Positions 18,746 to 29,769 of a DNA stretch of 64,000 bases are shown here, one piece after another (position 1 is the stretch's first letter; each line of letters opens with the position of its first letter). The notes under the pieces were generated by a model. The model ran no database searches and had not been told where the DNA came from. It saw only the letters and a program-made list of their open reading frames with translations. The stretch lies in assembly GCA_030699935.1 (NCBI GenBank), contig JAUYKS010000022.1, positions 18,970 through 82,969 of the forward strand. The letters are read 5' to 3'. The translations under genes were made by a program, and so were the position numbers. Source of the DNA: a bacterium. Its GTDB lineage: Bacteria; Patescibacteriota; SICC01.

Positions 18746-19756
18746 TCAACGGACCGCGACGGCGCGCTTGTACGAATCGAGGTTCTCGACGGCGACGCCG
18801 GTGCCGCGCACCACGCAGAACAGCGGGTCCTCGGCGACATGACAAGGCACGCTTGTCGCGTGCGTGATCACCCGATCGATATTCCGCAGCAGCGATCCGC
18901 CCCCGGCCATCACCATGCCGCGGTCGATCACGTCCGCCGACAGCTCGGGCGGCGTCTGGCGGAGCACGCCCTTGACCGAGTTGATCACTTCGGCCAGCTG
19001 GCTTTGGATCGCCTGGACGACCTCGTTGGTCTTGAGGTTGATCGTCTTCGGCATCTCGGCGACCATGTCGCGGCCGCGCACTTCCATGCTCATCTCCTCG
19101 CCTTCCGGCAGCGCCATGGCGGAGCCTATCTGGATCTTGATCTGCTCGGCCGTGACGTCGCCGATCGCCAGATTGTGCCGGCGTCGGATGAAGGCGGCGA
19201 TCGCTTGGTCGAACTTGTCGCCGCCGACCCGGGCGGATTCCACCGCCACGATCCCGCCGAGCGAGATCACCGCGACTTCGGAGGTGCCGCCGCCGATGTC
19301 GATGACCATGTTTCCCGACGGCGAACCGATCGGGATGTCGGCACCGATCGCGGCCGCCAACGGTTCACGAATGATGTAGGCGTTCTTGGCTCCGGACGCC
19401 GTGGCTGCGTCAATCACCGCGCGTCGCTCGGTCGAGGTGACGCCGGCGGGTACGCAGACCATCACGTCCGGCCGGAAGAAGCGTACGCTGCCGACCGCCT
19501 TGTTGATGAAGTAGCGTAACATCGCTTCGGTGACGCGGTAATCGGCGATCACGCCGTCCGCCAGCGGGCGATGTGCAACGATTTGTTCAGGGGTTCGGCC
19601 GACCATGTCCTTGGCCTCCTGGCCGACCGCCATCACGCGGTTGTCCTCGGTCGAAACCGCCACTACCGACGGTTCGTTGATAACCACGCCCTTATCCTCC
19701 ACATACACGAGGATGTTCGAAGTGCCGAGGTCGATGCCGATGCGTTTACTGAACAA
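18746..19756 (-). CDS. mreB: Rod shape-determining protein MreB
   Basis: 336 aa. The actin fold is present, with IGIDLGTSNILVYV, DIGGGTSEVAV and LAGGGSLLRNIDR. Confidence 0.95.
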   Translation of the reverse strand: MFSKRIGIDLGTSNILVYVEDKGVVINEPSVVAVSTEDNRVMAVGQEAKDMVGRTPEQIVAHRPLADGVIADYRVTEAMLRYFINKAVGSVRFFRPDVMVCVPAGVTSTERRAVIDAATASGAKNAYIIREPLAAAIGADIPIGSPSGNMVIDIGGGTSEVAVISLGGIVAVESARVGGDKFDQAIAAFIRRRHNLAIGDVTAEQIKIQIGSAMALPEGEEMSMEVRGRDMVAEMPKTINLKTNEVVQAIQSQLAEVINSVKGVLRQTPPELSADVIDRGMVMAGGGSLLRNIDRVITHATSVPCHVAEDPLFCVVRGTGVAVENLDSYKRAVAVR

Positions 19757-19865
19757 GATATTTAACTATAAAACCGATGATTTTGCGCAGAATCCCGAAA
19801 GGGAGCGCACCGCTCATGCTACCATGCCGGCTTCGGGTGAGGCTACCGCCCGGGCCGTAGTCGCC

Positions 19866-21116
19866 TTAGCCTACGCGCCGGATCTTGGCACCCAGGGACC
19901 GCAGCCTGCTTTCGATATCCGAATAACCGCGGTCGATCCACTCGGCGTGATCGACTTCCGTCTCGCCTTCGGCGATCATCGCCGCCACGACCATCGTCAT
20001 CCCCGCTCGTAGGTCGGGACTGCCGATCTTCGTACCTCGAAGTTTCGTCGGTCCCGTCACCCGGATGCGGTGCGGGTCTTCTACCTTGATGTTCGCCCCG
20101 AGCGCCTGGAGACCTTTCACGTACCCGAAACGCTCCTCATACATCCAGTCGTGGATCAGGCTGGTTCCCTGCGCCTGGGTGCAGAGTGTCGCGAGTGGCG
20201 CCTGCAGGTCCGACGGAAAAGCCGGCCAGAGGTTCGTCTTTATCTCCACCGCCTTGAGCGCGTGCGGGGGTTTGACCGTGGCCGAATCCCCTTTCGTCAT
20301 GAAGTTGATCCCGGCTTCCCGCAGTTTGATCGGAATCACCGCGAAGTTGTCGGAATCGATCCCTTCGATCGTGAGTTCGCCGCCGGTCACCGCGGCCGCG
20401 ATCATCCAGGTCCCCGCCTCTATCTCGTCGCAGCGGATCGTGTGTTCGGCGCCGCCAAGCTGCTCCACGCCTTCGATGCGGAGGCGGTTCGTCCCCGCGC
20501 CGTCGATCTTCGCGCCCAGCTTGATCAGAAACTCCATAAGGTCGGTGACGTGGAGTTCCGAGGCGGCGTTCCGGATCTCCGTCCGTCCGGACGCGAGTAC
20601 CGCTGCCATCGCCGTGCTTTCCGTACCGGTCACCGAGGCTTCCTCCTGGAAAATTTCCGCGGCGGCGAGTTTCCCGGACAGTTCGTAGTGGCCGTCGTAG
20701 CGCTTCAGCTTCGCGCCGAGCGCTTGGAGGCCGCCGAGGTGGACGTCGATCGGGCGTTTCCCAATGATGTCGCCGCCCGGATGGACCATCCGGACCGTGC
20801 CGAAGCGGGCCAGGACCGGACCGAGCATGGTGATCGATGCCCGCAGCCGGACCGCGAGATCGTCCTCGATTGTCGCCGGCCGGAGCTCGGACGGGTCGAG
20901 CCGGACCGTCCCCGAATCGCCTTCAATCTTCATGCCGAAGCCCCGTAGGATCTCCAGCATCACGGCCACGTCGCTGATCTTCGGCACGTTGTGAAGCGTC
21001 ACCGGTTCGGTGGCCAGGAGGCAGGCCGGCAGAACCGCCAGGACCGCGTTCTTGCTACCTCCGACACGGACCGTTCCGGAAAGCCGCGTCGGTCCGGTGA
21101 TGACGAACTTGCTCAT
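19866..21116 (-). CDS. murA: UDP-N-acetylglucosamine 1-carboxyvinyltransferase
   Basis: 416 aa. The sequence includes GGSKNAVLAVLPACLLA and the EPT fold. Catalytic Cys is replaced by Asp, as seen in some lineages (the EDDLAVRLRASIT region). Confidence 0.93.
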   Translation of the reverse strand: MSKFVITGPTRLSGTVRVGGSKNAVLAVLPACLLATEPVTLHNVPKISDVAVMLEILRGFGMKIEGDSGTVRLDPSELRPATIEDDLAVRLRASITMLGPVLARFGTVRMVHPGGDIIGKRPIDVHLGGLQALGAKLKRYDGHYELSGKLAAAEIFQEEASVTGTESTAMAAVLASGRTEIRNAASELHVTDLMEFLIKLGAKIDGAGTNRLRIEGVEQLGGAEHTIRCDEIEAGTWMIAAAVTGGELTIEGIDSDNFAVIPIKLREAGINFMTKGDSATVKPPHALKAVEIKTNLWPAFPSDLQAPLATLCTQAQGTSLIHDWMYEERFGYVKGLQALGANIKVEDPHRIRVTGPTKLRGTKIGSPDLRAGMTMVVAAMIAEGETEVDHAEWIDRGYSDIESRLRSLGAKIRRVG

Positions 21117-21580
21117 GATCCCGGCGTTTGCGAACGTCCGCCGCGGCCGCGCCGCCGCGTGCCGGCCAGTTCGACCGCCCGCAAACGGGCGAGGTGTTTC
21201 TGGAGTTCCGCTTGCGCCTCGGCCAGTTCCTCGCGCTCGAGCTTGCCGGCCATCGCTTGTTCGGCGCGTTTGCGGGCCTGCTCGGCTCGTTGCCGGTCGA
21301 TGTCGTCCGCCCGTTCGGCCGTATCGGCCAGTACGGAGATCGAATCGCCGGAGACCTTCAGGAATCCGCCGGAGACCGCCAGATGCTGTTCGTCTGCGCC
21401 GTCCTTGCCCGTGCGGATCGTCAGCACGCCCGGCCGGATCACGGAGACCAACGGCACGTGGTCAGGTAGCACGGTGATCTCGCCGTCGGTGGTCGGGATG
21501 GTCACCGACCGCACGGGACCGTCCGCGACCGTGCCGGTCGCCGTCACAACGCTGAGTTCGGTGGTCTTGGCGTCTGCCAT
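21113..21580 (-). CDS. atpC: F1 ATP synthase epsilon subunit
   Basis: 155 aa. The N-terminal beta-sandwich reads LSVVTATGTVADGPVRSVTIPTTDGEITVLPDHVPL. The C-terminus is a helical hairpin. It is translationally coupled to atpD through an ATGA overlap. Confidence 0.9.
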   Translation of the reverse strand: MADAKTTELSVVTATGTVADGPVRSVTIPTTDGEITVLPDHVPLVSVIRPGVLTIRTGKDGADEQHLAVSGGFLKVSGDSISVLADTAERADDIDRQRAEQARKRAEQAMAGKLEREELAEAQAELQKHLARLRAVELAGTRRRGRGGRSQTPGS

Positions 21581-21590
21581 GTCATATATG

Positions 21591-23048
<1,458 letters not shown>

Positions 23049-23087
23049 CTACCGCACCCGATTGTTCCATGCAGTATCCTGTAAGCC

Positions 23088-24371
23088 ATGTCCCCCAAAC
23101 CCCGTAACCGCGATCGTCTCTGGGTCTACCTGCTTTCGATCGGGCTCTTCGTGGGTATCGCGCTGCTCGCCCTGCTCGTAACCCGAGGCTATGCCGTCGA
23201 TTGGGATTCCTTCGCCATCCAGAAGCGCGGCGTGATCGTTCTGAAATCGGATCCCGACGCAGCGGTGATCACCCTCGACGGCAAGCGGCTCGACAAACGC
23301 ACCAACGCGCGGCTGTCGCTGGCCGCTAACACGTACCAAGTCACGGTCCAGGCCCCGGGTCGGATTCCTTGGCAACGGGAAATCGGGCTGGACCCCGGCG
23401 AGGCGGTGATCGAAGAGATCGTCCTCTTCCCCGAATCGCCGCCGCGGACCGCCGTGACCAAGCGTCCCGTCGAGCGGTTCGCCATCTCGCCGGACGGCCA
23501 TCGGGCCGCCGCGGTGGTGCGGGAAAGCAAAGCGCCCCGGCGGCAGTTGCAAATGCTCGACATCGGCGGTAGTGGCAGTGGCAGCGAGCGCTTCGGGATC
23601 CGGCTGAACGCGGTGCCAAGCCGGATCGCCGTCAACGACGAAGGGTTCGTGCTGGCCGAGAACGCGGGCCGGATCGCCGTCTATGCGCCGTCCGGAAAAC
23701 GGGTCGCACGGATCTCCGGCGGCGCCGGCGGCCTGGTCGGCGACAAGCTCGTCTTCCAGCGGAAAAGCCGTGTCATCGAGACGGACCGCTCCGGCGGAAA
23801 CGCCCGGACGCTGGCCTCTTCCCCGCGCCGCTGGACCTCGACCGACCGGCGTACCTACGTACTGGATCGTTCCGGCAAGGTAATCGGTATCGCTCCCGGA
23901 GCAAAGGGCGTGCCGGTCGGCGGAACCGATGCGATTGCCGCGATCACTGCGATCGGACCCGACGTCGTCCAGACGGCCGGGCGTGACGGTTCGTTCGGGA
24001 TTATCCGGGGAGATACGTTCAAATCGATAGCGGCGGAAGGCGGAAGCGGCGTGCGGGCGACCTTGTCGCCGGACGGCGCTTTCGTCGCGTACCGTACCAG
24101 TCGCGAACTGCGCCTGTTCGAGTGGCGGACCGGTGCGGACCGGTTGATTACCAGTCTGACCACACCGCCGGATCGGATCGTCGCCCTGCCCGGCGGGCGC
24201 TATGTGCTTTACCGCCGCGGCGTGGAACTGCACGCCATGGCCCGGGACGGCAGCAATGATCGGACGGTCACGAGCCGGATCGGCAGCGAACCGGCCATGT
24301 TCGCGCTGGACCGCATCTTCGCCAAGGACAGCCGGACCGGACGGTTGGTACGAATCGATCTCGCGAAGTAA
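23088..24371 (+). CDS. Membrane-anchored PEGA-domain / beta-propeller (TolB-like) protein
   Basis: 427 aa. It has an N-terminal TM segment (LWVYLLSIGLFVGIALLALLV). A PEGA-like segment follows (VIVLKSDPDAAVITLDGKRL...YQVTVQAPG). Then come repeated SPDG...A / DRSG motifs typical of WD40/TolB-like propellers. The antisense ORF 23049..24233 is rejected. Confidence 0.7.
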   Translation: MSPKPRNRDRLWVYLLSIGLFVGIALLALLVTRGYAVDWDSFAIQKRGVIVLKSDPDAAVITLDGKRLDKRTNARLSLAANTYQVTVQAPGRIPWQREIGLDPGEAVIEEIVLFPESPPRTAVTKRPVERFAISPDGHRAAAVVRESKAPRRQLQMLDIGGSGSGSERFGIRLNAVPSRIAVNDEGFVLAENAGRIAVYAPSGKRVARISGGAGGLVGDKLVFQRKSRVIETDRSGGNARTLASSPRRWTSTDRRTYVLDRSGKVIGIAPGAKGVPVGGTDAIAAITAIGPDVVQTAGRDGSFGIIRGDTFKSIAAEGGSGVRATLSPDGAFVAYRTSRELRLFEWRTGADRLITSLTTPPDRIVALPGGRYVLYRRGVELHAMARDGSNDRTVTSRIGSEPAMFALDRIFAKDSRTGRLVRIDLAK

Positions 24372-24393
24372 CCGGCTCTACCGGATCCGCGGA

Positions 24394-25203
24394 TTACCGG
24401 ACGCCGGGAATCTTGTCGGGTTCGGCCGCCTGGCCGCTCGTCGGACGGGCGGTGCTCGGATCCGGCCCGGTCTGGAGGGCCTGGACGATCTTCCGGCGGT
24501 AGCTGGTACCGACCGGTACGCAAGTCGACAACGTCAGAGTCGCGACCGGCGTCGGCTTGAGCACCCCGGTCTGGCTGGGAGAGACTTCGAAGATCGCGTG
24601 TACGCGATAGGAGTACTTCCGGCCCTGCGCATAGATGACGATCTCGTCGTTCCGGCGCAGCTGCGGCACCAGCGCAAAGACGTTCCGGAAGTCGGTCTTG
24701 ACCCACCAATAGTACGAGCTGTGTCCGGTCAGGAAGACGTTCCCCCGCTCTCCCGGCTCGGCGGTGCCGGGATACTTGATCACGCCCCTGAGCAACGCGT
24801 CGTTGATGACCGCCTCGGCCGTGGAGCGCGGCCGCACGATCGGTGCCGCTACCCGGATGCGCGGAATATAGAGATAGTCGTCGCAGATCGCACGCGGCCG
24901 TCCTTCGCGGTCGTACGGGATATTGCCCCGGCACGGGACGCTGCCGCCGGCTCCTCCGCCGGCACCGCCGAGCTCGCCGGCCGACCTTACCGTCTCCGGC
25001 AACGTCGCGGTGGAAGCCGTCTGCGGGTTGCTCAGAAGGAAGCTCAGCCGTGTCCATAACGCCGGGAAATTGAATACCAGATACACCGCCACGGCGATCA
25101 GCAGCAGTGGCACCACCCCCATCAGGATCCGCCGAAACAAGCCGCGCGACGGTTCTTCCGCGTACGGCGATGAGGCTTGATAGGTGGTCGGCTGCGAATC
25201 CAT
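24394..25203 (-). CDS. Sortase (transpeptidase)
   Basis: The true start is MDSQPTTYQ (ATG at 25203). The N-terminal TM anchor reads GVVPLLLIAVAVYLVF. The catalytic His is in LTGHSSYYWW and the catalytic Cys in TLSTC, followed by Arg. The listed ORF 24394..25770 over-extends across tRNA-Leu. Confidence 0.85.
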   Translation of the reverse strand: MDSQPTTYQASSPYAEEPSRGLFRRILMGVVPLLLIAVAVYLVFNFPALWTRLSFLLSNPQTASTATLPETVRSAGELGGAGGGAGGSVPCRGNIPYDREGRPRAICDDYLYIPRIRVAAPIVRPRSTAEAVINDALLRGVIKYPGTAEPGERGNVFLTGHSSYYWWVKTDFRNVFALVPQLRRNDEIVIYAQGRKYSYRVHAIFEVSPSQTGVLKPTPVATLTLSTCVPVGTSYRRKIVQALQTGPDPSTARPTSGQAAEPDKIPGVR

Positions 25204-25250
25204 AAGGACGTATGGGCGATTGCTAGGCTTACAGTACCAGGTTAACGCGG

Positions 25251-25334
25251 TGCCGGGGGTGGGATTCGAACCCACAAGCCCTTGCGGGCAACGGATTTTG
25301 AGTCCGTCGCGTATGCCAGTTCCGCCACCCCGGC
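25251..25334 (-). tRNA. tRNA-Leu (anticodon CAA), class II with a long variable arm
   Basis: Manual fold, reading the minus strand 5' to 3'. Acceptor stem is GCCGGGG/CCCCGGC. The D-stem is 3 bp. The anticodon loop is CTCAAAA. The variable arm is TGCCCGCAAGGGCTTG. The T-arm is GTGGG-TTCGAAT-CCCAC. The discriminator is A. Confidence 0.85.
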
Positions 25335-25408
25335 GCACGACCATTATCCCACAGACGACGCACCCGCCTACAGCAGCGCGCGGCGGCCGGCGCTGGTAAA
25401 CTGGTCGC

Positions 25409-26629
25409 GTGACCCTGACAATCGTCTTCGCGTCCGCCTTCCTGATCACGCTGGTCCTGCTGGTCCGTTCGCTGTTCCGGCAAGCCGGTGTCCAGGACGC
25501 AATCAAGCAGACCACCGAGCAGGCGGCCAGCCAGTTGCACCTTTGGGAGGAATTCGGCGAGCACCTCGAGGAAGGCGTGGCGTTGGTCTCTCCCGACGGG
25601 ACGATCCAATACTTGAACCGGGCGTTCGCGGAACTGGCCGGCTGGCAAGGACGCTCGGCGCAGAGCCAGCAATTGGAAGCCGTGCTGGACCTCCGGGACG
25701 GCGATAAACGGGTGACAGCGAACGAAAAGAAGCGGAAAACCACTGTCCGGTCGCGTGACGGCGGCGGCACGCCGGCTTATGTGACGAAGCGTAAACTGCA
25801 CCAGCCGGACGGGTTCGAGGTGGTCATCCTGATCGATGCCACAGCCGAGGAGGCGGAGAAGGCCCTGCGGCGGCGGCTGGGGAACCTTTCCTCTTTCGAA
25901 CTGCGGGCGCCAATCACCGCGATCAAAGGGTACGCCGACCTGCTGCTTTCCGGCGACGCCGGCAAGATCGGCAAGGACGCCTCGTCCAAGGTCCGGACCA
26001 TCTTGGAAAGCTCCGACAAGCTGCTGCGGATAATCGAGAACATGGCCCAGGTGGAAGTGCTGTCGGAAAAGAAATCCACCGTCGCCAAGGAGCGGGTCAA
26101 GATAGCCGTCATGGCCCGGGCCTGCGCCGCTCCGTTGCAAAAAGTGAGCGCCGAATCCGGCCGGAAGTTCGCCCTGGATCCGGCACTCCCCGACGTCGAG
26201 ATCGAAGTGGCCCGGACCGACATCGAGCGGCTGCTCGGCATGGTCGTGAACACGGCCGCCCGGACGGCCAAACCGAAAAGCACGGTCAATATGCGGGTCG
26301 ACGGGGACGGCAGCGAGGTCAACTTCCGGATCGAAAACGAGGGGCCGCCGCTGGCTCGTGACCAGCAGCGCAACATCTTCGATTACGTCGGCGCCCAGGG
26401 ATTCGAGGAAGGCATCGGGTACTACGTCGCCCAACAGATCATCTCCGCGCACCAAGCCCGCTTCTCGATGAGCCAGACCAGCTCGGGCAACGCCTTCGTA
26501 CTCAGCCTGCCCCGGGCCGGCAAGCGCGAGGATACGGGCAAGCCGGCGGCCGCCGCCTCCTCGTCCACCGCCAAGCGCGCGGACGAGCCGAAAAAGCGCG
26601 CCGGCAAGAGAGCCGACATCACGAAGTAA
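25409..26629 (+). CDS. Sensor histidine kinase (PAS + HisKA + HATPase)
   Basis: 406 aa with an N-terminal TM segment. The PAS-like region reads EGVALVSPDGTIQYLNRAFAELAGW. The H-box reads FELRAPITAIKGYADLL. An ATPase lid with N and G boxes follows. Confidence 0.85.
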   Translation: MTLTIVFASAFLITLVLLVRSLFRQAGVQDAIKQTTEQAASQLHLWEEFGEHLEEGVALVSPDGTIQYLNRAFAELAGWQGRSAQSQQLEAVLDLRDGDKRVTANEKKRKTTVRSRDGGGTPAYVTKRKLHQPDGFEVVILIDATAEEAEKALRRRLGNLSSFELRAPITAIKGYADLLLSGDAGKIGKDASSKVRTILESSDKLLRIIENMAQVEVLSEKKSTVAKERVKIAVMARACAAPLQKVSAESGRKFALDPALPDVEIEVARTDIERLLGMVVNTAARTAKPKSTVNMRVDGDGSEVNFRIENEGPPLARDQQRNIFDYVGAQGFEEGIGYYVAQQIISAHQARFSMSQTSSGNAFVLSLPRAGKREDTGKPAAAASSSTAKRADEPKKRAGKRADITK

Positions 26630-26642
26630 CCCGCGGAGCAGC

Positions 26643-28094
26643 TCACTCGCTCAGGACGGCGGTCGGGGTCTTCGGTACCGCGCTTTTCGTAGTGACCCGG
26701 ATTTGCTTGAGCGGCAGACGGAACCCGAACGTGCTTCCCTTGCCTAGCTCGCTTCGCACGATCACCGATCCCTGGTGCTCGTCGATGACCCGCTTGGCGA
26801 CGTACAGTCCCAATCCGGTACCGGACGACAGGACGTCCCGCGCGTTGTCGGCTCGGAAGAACTTGGTGAACATCTTCTTCTGGTCGGCATCGGCGATACC
26901 GATGCCGCGGTCTACGACCTCGAGCATGGCATCCCTATCCTCTTCGCGGACGCTGACCCGGATAGTGCCTCGCTTGCTGTACTTGATCGCGTTGTCGACG
27001 AAGTTCACGACAGCTTGCCTGACCCGCAGCGCGTCGATGTTCAATATGCCGAGCGGCCGCTCCGGCATCTGAAGTTCGATTCGAAGTCCCTTCTTCCGGG
27101 CCAACGACTCGAACTCGCCGACCACGTCCCGCGCGATGTCCTCGAGCCGCGCCACCCCCTTGGTCAGCTCGAACCGTTCCGCGTTGATTCGCGAGACCGA
27201 AAGCATGTCGTTCAGGATGTTGATGACTTCGTTGGTACTTTCCGCGATCTGCTCGACGATCGGCTGCTGCCGCTTCGGCAAGATGCCGAAGTCCTTGTCG
27301 AGCAACATCGCCAGGTAGCCCCGCACCGCGGTAAGCGGACCGCGCAGCTGGTGGGACGCGATCGAGACGAACTCATCTTTGCTGCGATCGGCTTTTCGAA
27401 GGTTCTGATTGGCTTCGCTGAGACGCCGGTTGGTCAAGTCGAGTTCGTCCAGCAGTCCGGCGTTGACCATCGCGACGGCCAGGCCGTCCGTGAGCGCCTG
27501 GAGCGTGTCGCGCTCCGTGTCCGAAAGTTCGTCGTACGGTTTCCGAAGGTAGTACGTCACCACGCCATGGACCTGTTCGTTGGCGATCACGGGATATGCC
27601 ACCAGTCCGGCGATGCCGAGCCGCTTCTGCAGGCGCTTCGCTTCGGCGGCGGCAATCGAGTCCTCGAATTCCTCCAGCGCCCCGCCGGACAGCACCTGTC
27701 GCTGGTTCAACGCTTGGACGATCCGGGGCATTCCCCGGTCCGTCTTCAGGCTCTCCGGCGAAGTGTCCGCCAGGTGGCCCAGGCCCTTGCCGCCGCGGCG
27801 CAGCGCTTCCGAAACCGCCAGCACCGCCAACGACCCGTCCGGCTTGGCTTGGCGGACCGTCCCACCGAGGACCATCTTCTGGTCGGGAATCACGTCGGCG
27901 ATTTCCTGGGCGATGTACCCGAGGGAGAGGTTGGCCAACAGCATCCGGTTAAGCTGCCGGCTGCGGGAAAGGTCGCGATACCTCGCCTCGCAGCGGACGG
28001 ACGCCCGGCGCCTCACCAGGCGGATGCGCATCGACTGGGCCGCCAGCATCACCAGCGACACGGCCAGCAGCGAACTGAGCACGATAACTAACAT
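26643..28094 (-). CDS. Sensor histidine kinase (TM + GAF-like + HisKA + HATPase)
   Basis: 483 aa. The H-box reads FVSIASHQLRGPLTAVRGYLAML. The N-box region reads NFVDNAIKYS. The G-boxes read DRGIGI and GTGLGLYVAK. Confidence 0.85.
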   Translation of the reverse strand: MLVIVLSSLLAVSLVMLAAQSMRIRLVRRRASVRCEARYRDLSRSRQLNRMLLANLSLGYIAQEIADVIPDQKMVLGGTVRQAKPDGSLAVLAVSEALRRGGKGLGHLADTSPESLKTDRGMPRIVQALNQRQVLSGGALEEFEDSIAAAEAKRLQKRLGIAGLVAYPVIANEQVHGVVTYYLRKPYDELSDTERDTLQALTDGLAVAMVNAGLLDELDLTNRRLSEANQNLRKADRSKDEFVSIASHQLRGPLTAVRGYLAMLLDKDFGILPKRQQPIVEQIAESTNEVINILNDMLSVSRINAERFELTKGVARLEDIARDVVGEFESLARKKGLRIELQMPERPLGILNIDALRVRQAVVNFVDNAIKYSKRGTIRVSVREEDRDAMLEVVDRGIGIADADQKKMFTKFFRADNARDVLSSGTGLGLYVAKRVIDEHQGSVIVRSELGKGSTFGFRLPLKQIRVTTKSAVPKTPTAVLSE

Positions 28095-28165
28095 GAAAAT
28101 TGGTTAACCATAGCACTTTTTGCCCGGTTTGTCAACCCGCAGGAAGGCATGGGACAATGTGCCTG

Positions 28166-28549
28166 ATGGCAAAAACAAAGATTATCCTGATCGAAGACGA
28201 CGCCGTACTCGCGGACATGTACGTCCAGAAGTTCACGCGTGACGGTTACGACATCTCGCACGCGCTGGACGGCGACGAAGGCATCCGGCTGGTTCGCCAG
28301 AAGCGCCCGGACCTCGTGCTGCTGGATATCATGATGCCGAAGAAAAGCGGGATCGAGGTGCTCGAGGAACTTCGCCACAGCGAGGAGACCAAGGACCTCA
28401 CCGTGGTACTGCTTTCGAACGTCGGGGATCAAGAATACATCGACAAAGGCATGGCGCTCGGCGCGGCCGGGTATCTCCTGAAATCGAACTACACCCCTAG
28501 CGAGGTCGTCGAGAAAGTCGCCGAGATCCTCGTCGGCAAGAAGGCGTGA
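28166..28549 (+). CDS. Single-domain response regulator (CheY-like receiver)
   Basis: The likely start is MAKTKIILIEDD. The phospho-acceptor Asp is in LVLLDIMMP. The conserved Thr/Ser is in the LLS/LLK region, near the conserved Lys. The listed ORF starts 22 codons earlier, at 28100. Confidence 0.85.
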   Translation: MAKTKIILIEDDAVLADMYVQKFTRDGYDISHALDGDEGIRLVRQKRPDLVLLDIMMPKKSGIEVLEELRHSEETKDLTVVLLSNVGDQEYIDKGMALGAAGYLLKSNYTPSEVVEKVAEILVGKKA

Positions 28550-28552
28550 CGT

Positions 28553-29657
28553 TTACGACCGCGGTTCCGGGCCATCGCGCTTGAGCCGGAGCTCCGCTTC
28601 CACGAAGTCGTCGAGGTCGCCGTCCAGGACGGTGTCCGGATCCTTGCGCTCCACATTGGTGCGGAGGTCCTTCACCTGCTTGTACGGATGCAGAACGTAG
28701 GAACGGATCTGGTGACCCCAGGCCGCGGTGTCCCCTTTCTCCAGCTTGCGCAGGTCCGCTTTGTGCTGGGCTTCCGCCAAGGCGAGCAGCTTCCCGTAGA
28801 GGATCTTCGTGGCGGCAGCCTTGTTCTGGGCCTGGGAGCGCTCGTTCTGGGCCTGGGCGACTAATCCGGTCGGCCGGTGCGTGACGCGAACCGCCGAATC
28901 GGTCTTGTTCACGTGCTGGCCGCCCGCCCCGGACGCACGATAAGTGTCGATGCGCAGTTCCTTCTCGTCGAGCTCCACGTCCTTGTCCGGCAGGTCCGGC
29001 AGGACTTCGACCCGGGCGAACGAAGTCTGGCGCAAGCTCTTTGCATTAAACGGCGATTGCCGCACCAGCCGATGCACCCCGGACTCGCCGCGCAGATATC
29101 CGTAGACGTACGGACCCTCGACCCGGATCGTCACGCTCTTGATGCCGGCTTCCTCCCCGCTCGAACGTTCCTCGATCTCCGTCGGCCAACCGCGCCGTTC
29201 CGCGAACCGCAGGAACATCCGCTCCAGCATCTCCGCCCAGTCCTGGGCGTCGGTGCCGCCGGCGCCGGCTTGGATCGTCAGGTGGGCGCTGCGGGCGTCA
29301 TGCTCGCCGGAAAGCAGCGCTTTCGATTCGTGCTCGGTGAACGTCCGCTCCAGCCGGTCCAGGTTCTCCGACAGCTCCCGGGTGGTAGCATCGTCCTGCG
29401 CCGACAATTCGAGCAATTCCCGCAGGTCGCCGAGATCATGCTCGAACCGCTGCCAGAAGCCGACCTGCTCCTCGAGGCTGCTCAGGCGCTGCAATACCGC
29501 ACGCGCTTCCTCCCGATCTTTCCAGATGTCTTCCCGCTCGGACTGTTTCTTCAGGTCCGCCAGTTCGGTTTCCTTGCCGGCGAGGTCAAAGAAACTCCTT
29601 CACCTGGGCAAAACGCTTCGCCAGGTTGTCGATCCGTTCTTGTAGTTCACGTTCCAT
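28553..29657 (-). CDS. prfB: Peptide chain release factor 2 with a programmed +1 frameshift. Frame 0 runs 29657..29588 and the +1 frame runs 29586..28553.
   Basis: The upstream frame encodes MERELQERIDNLAKRFAQVKEFL and then hits TGA within CTT TGA C. That is the classic RF2 autoregulatory slip site, and it is preceded by an internal SD-like AGGAGT. The +1 frame continues DLAGKETELADLKK...QRLSSLEEQV into the listed 313-aa ORF. That ORF contains the GGQ motif (SGAGGQHVN) and an SPF-containing domain. Confidence 0.9.
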
Positions 29658-29716
29658 GTCGCCATTATACGAGCCGAAGACGCCACGGCGCGAGGACCGC
29701 GCTGACCTAACGCCAA

Positions 29717-29742
29717 ATGAAAAAGGCCCCCTTTCGGGGACC
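29717..29742 (-). terminator. Intrinsic terminator downstream of the LPXTG-protein gene
   Basis: The minus strand reads GGTCCCCGAAAGGGGGCC followed by TTTTTCATTT. Confidence 0.6.
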
Positions 29743-29769
29743 TTTCTCGTTACCGGCAAGCGGGTGGCC

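Noticed and set aside
23049-24233. 394-aa minus-strand ORF antisense to the PEGA/propeller gene
   Set aside because: High-GC antisense artefact. The plus-strand frame has clear domain structure and a TM anchor.
24394-25770. Full-length 458-aa 'sortase' ORF
   Set aside because: The N-terminal 190 aa are low-complexity, and the ORF passes through a well-formed tRNA-Leu. The true CDS starts at the internal ATG at 25203.
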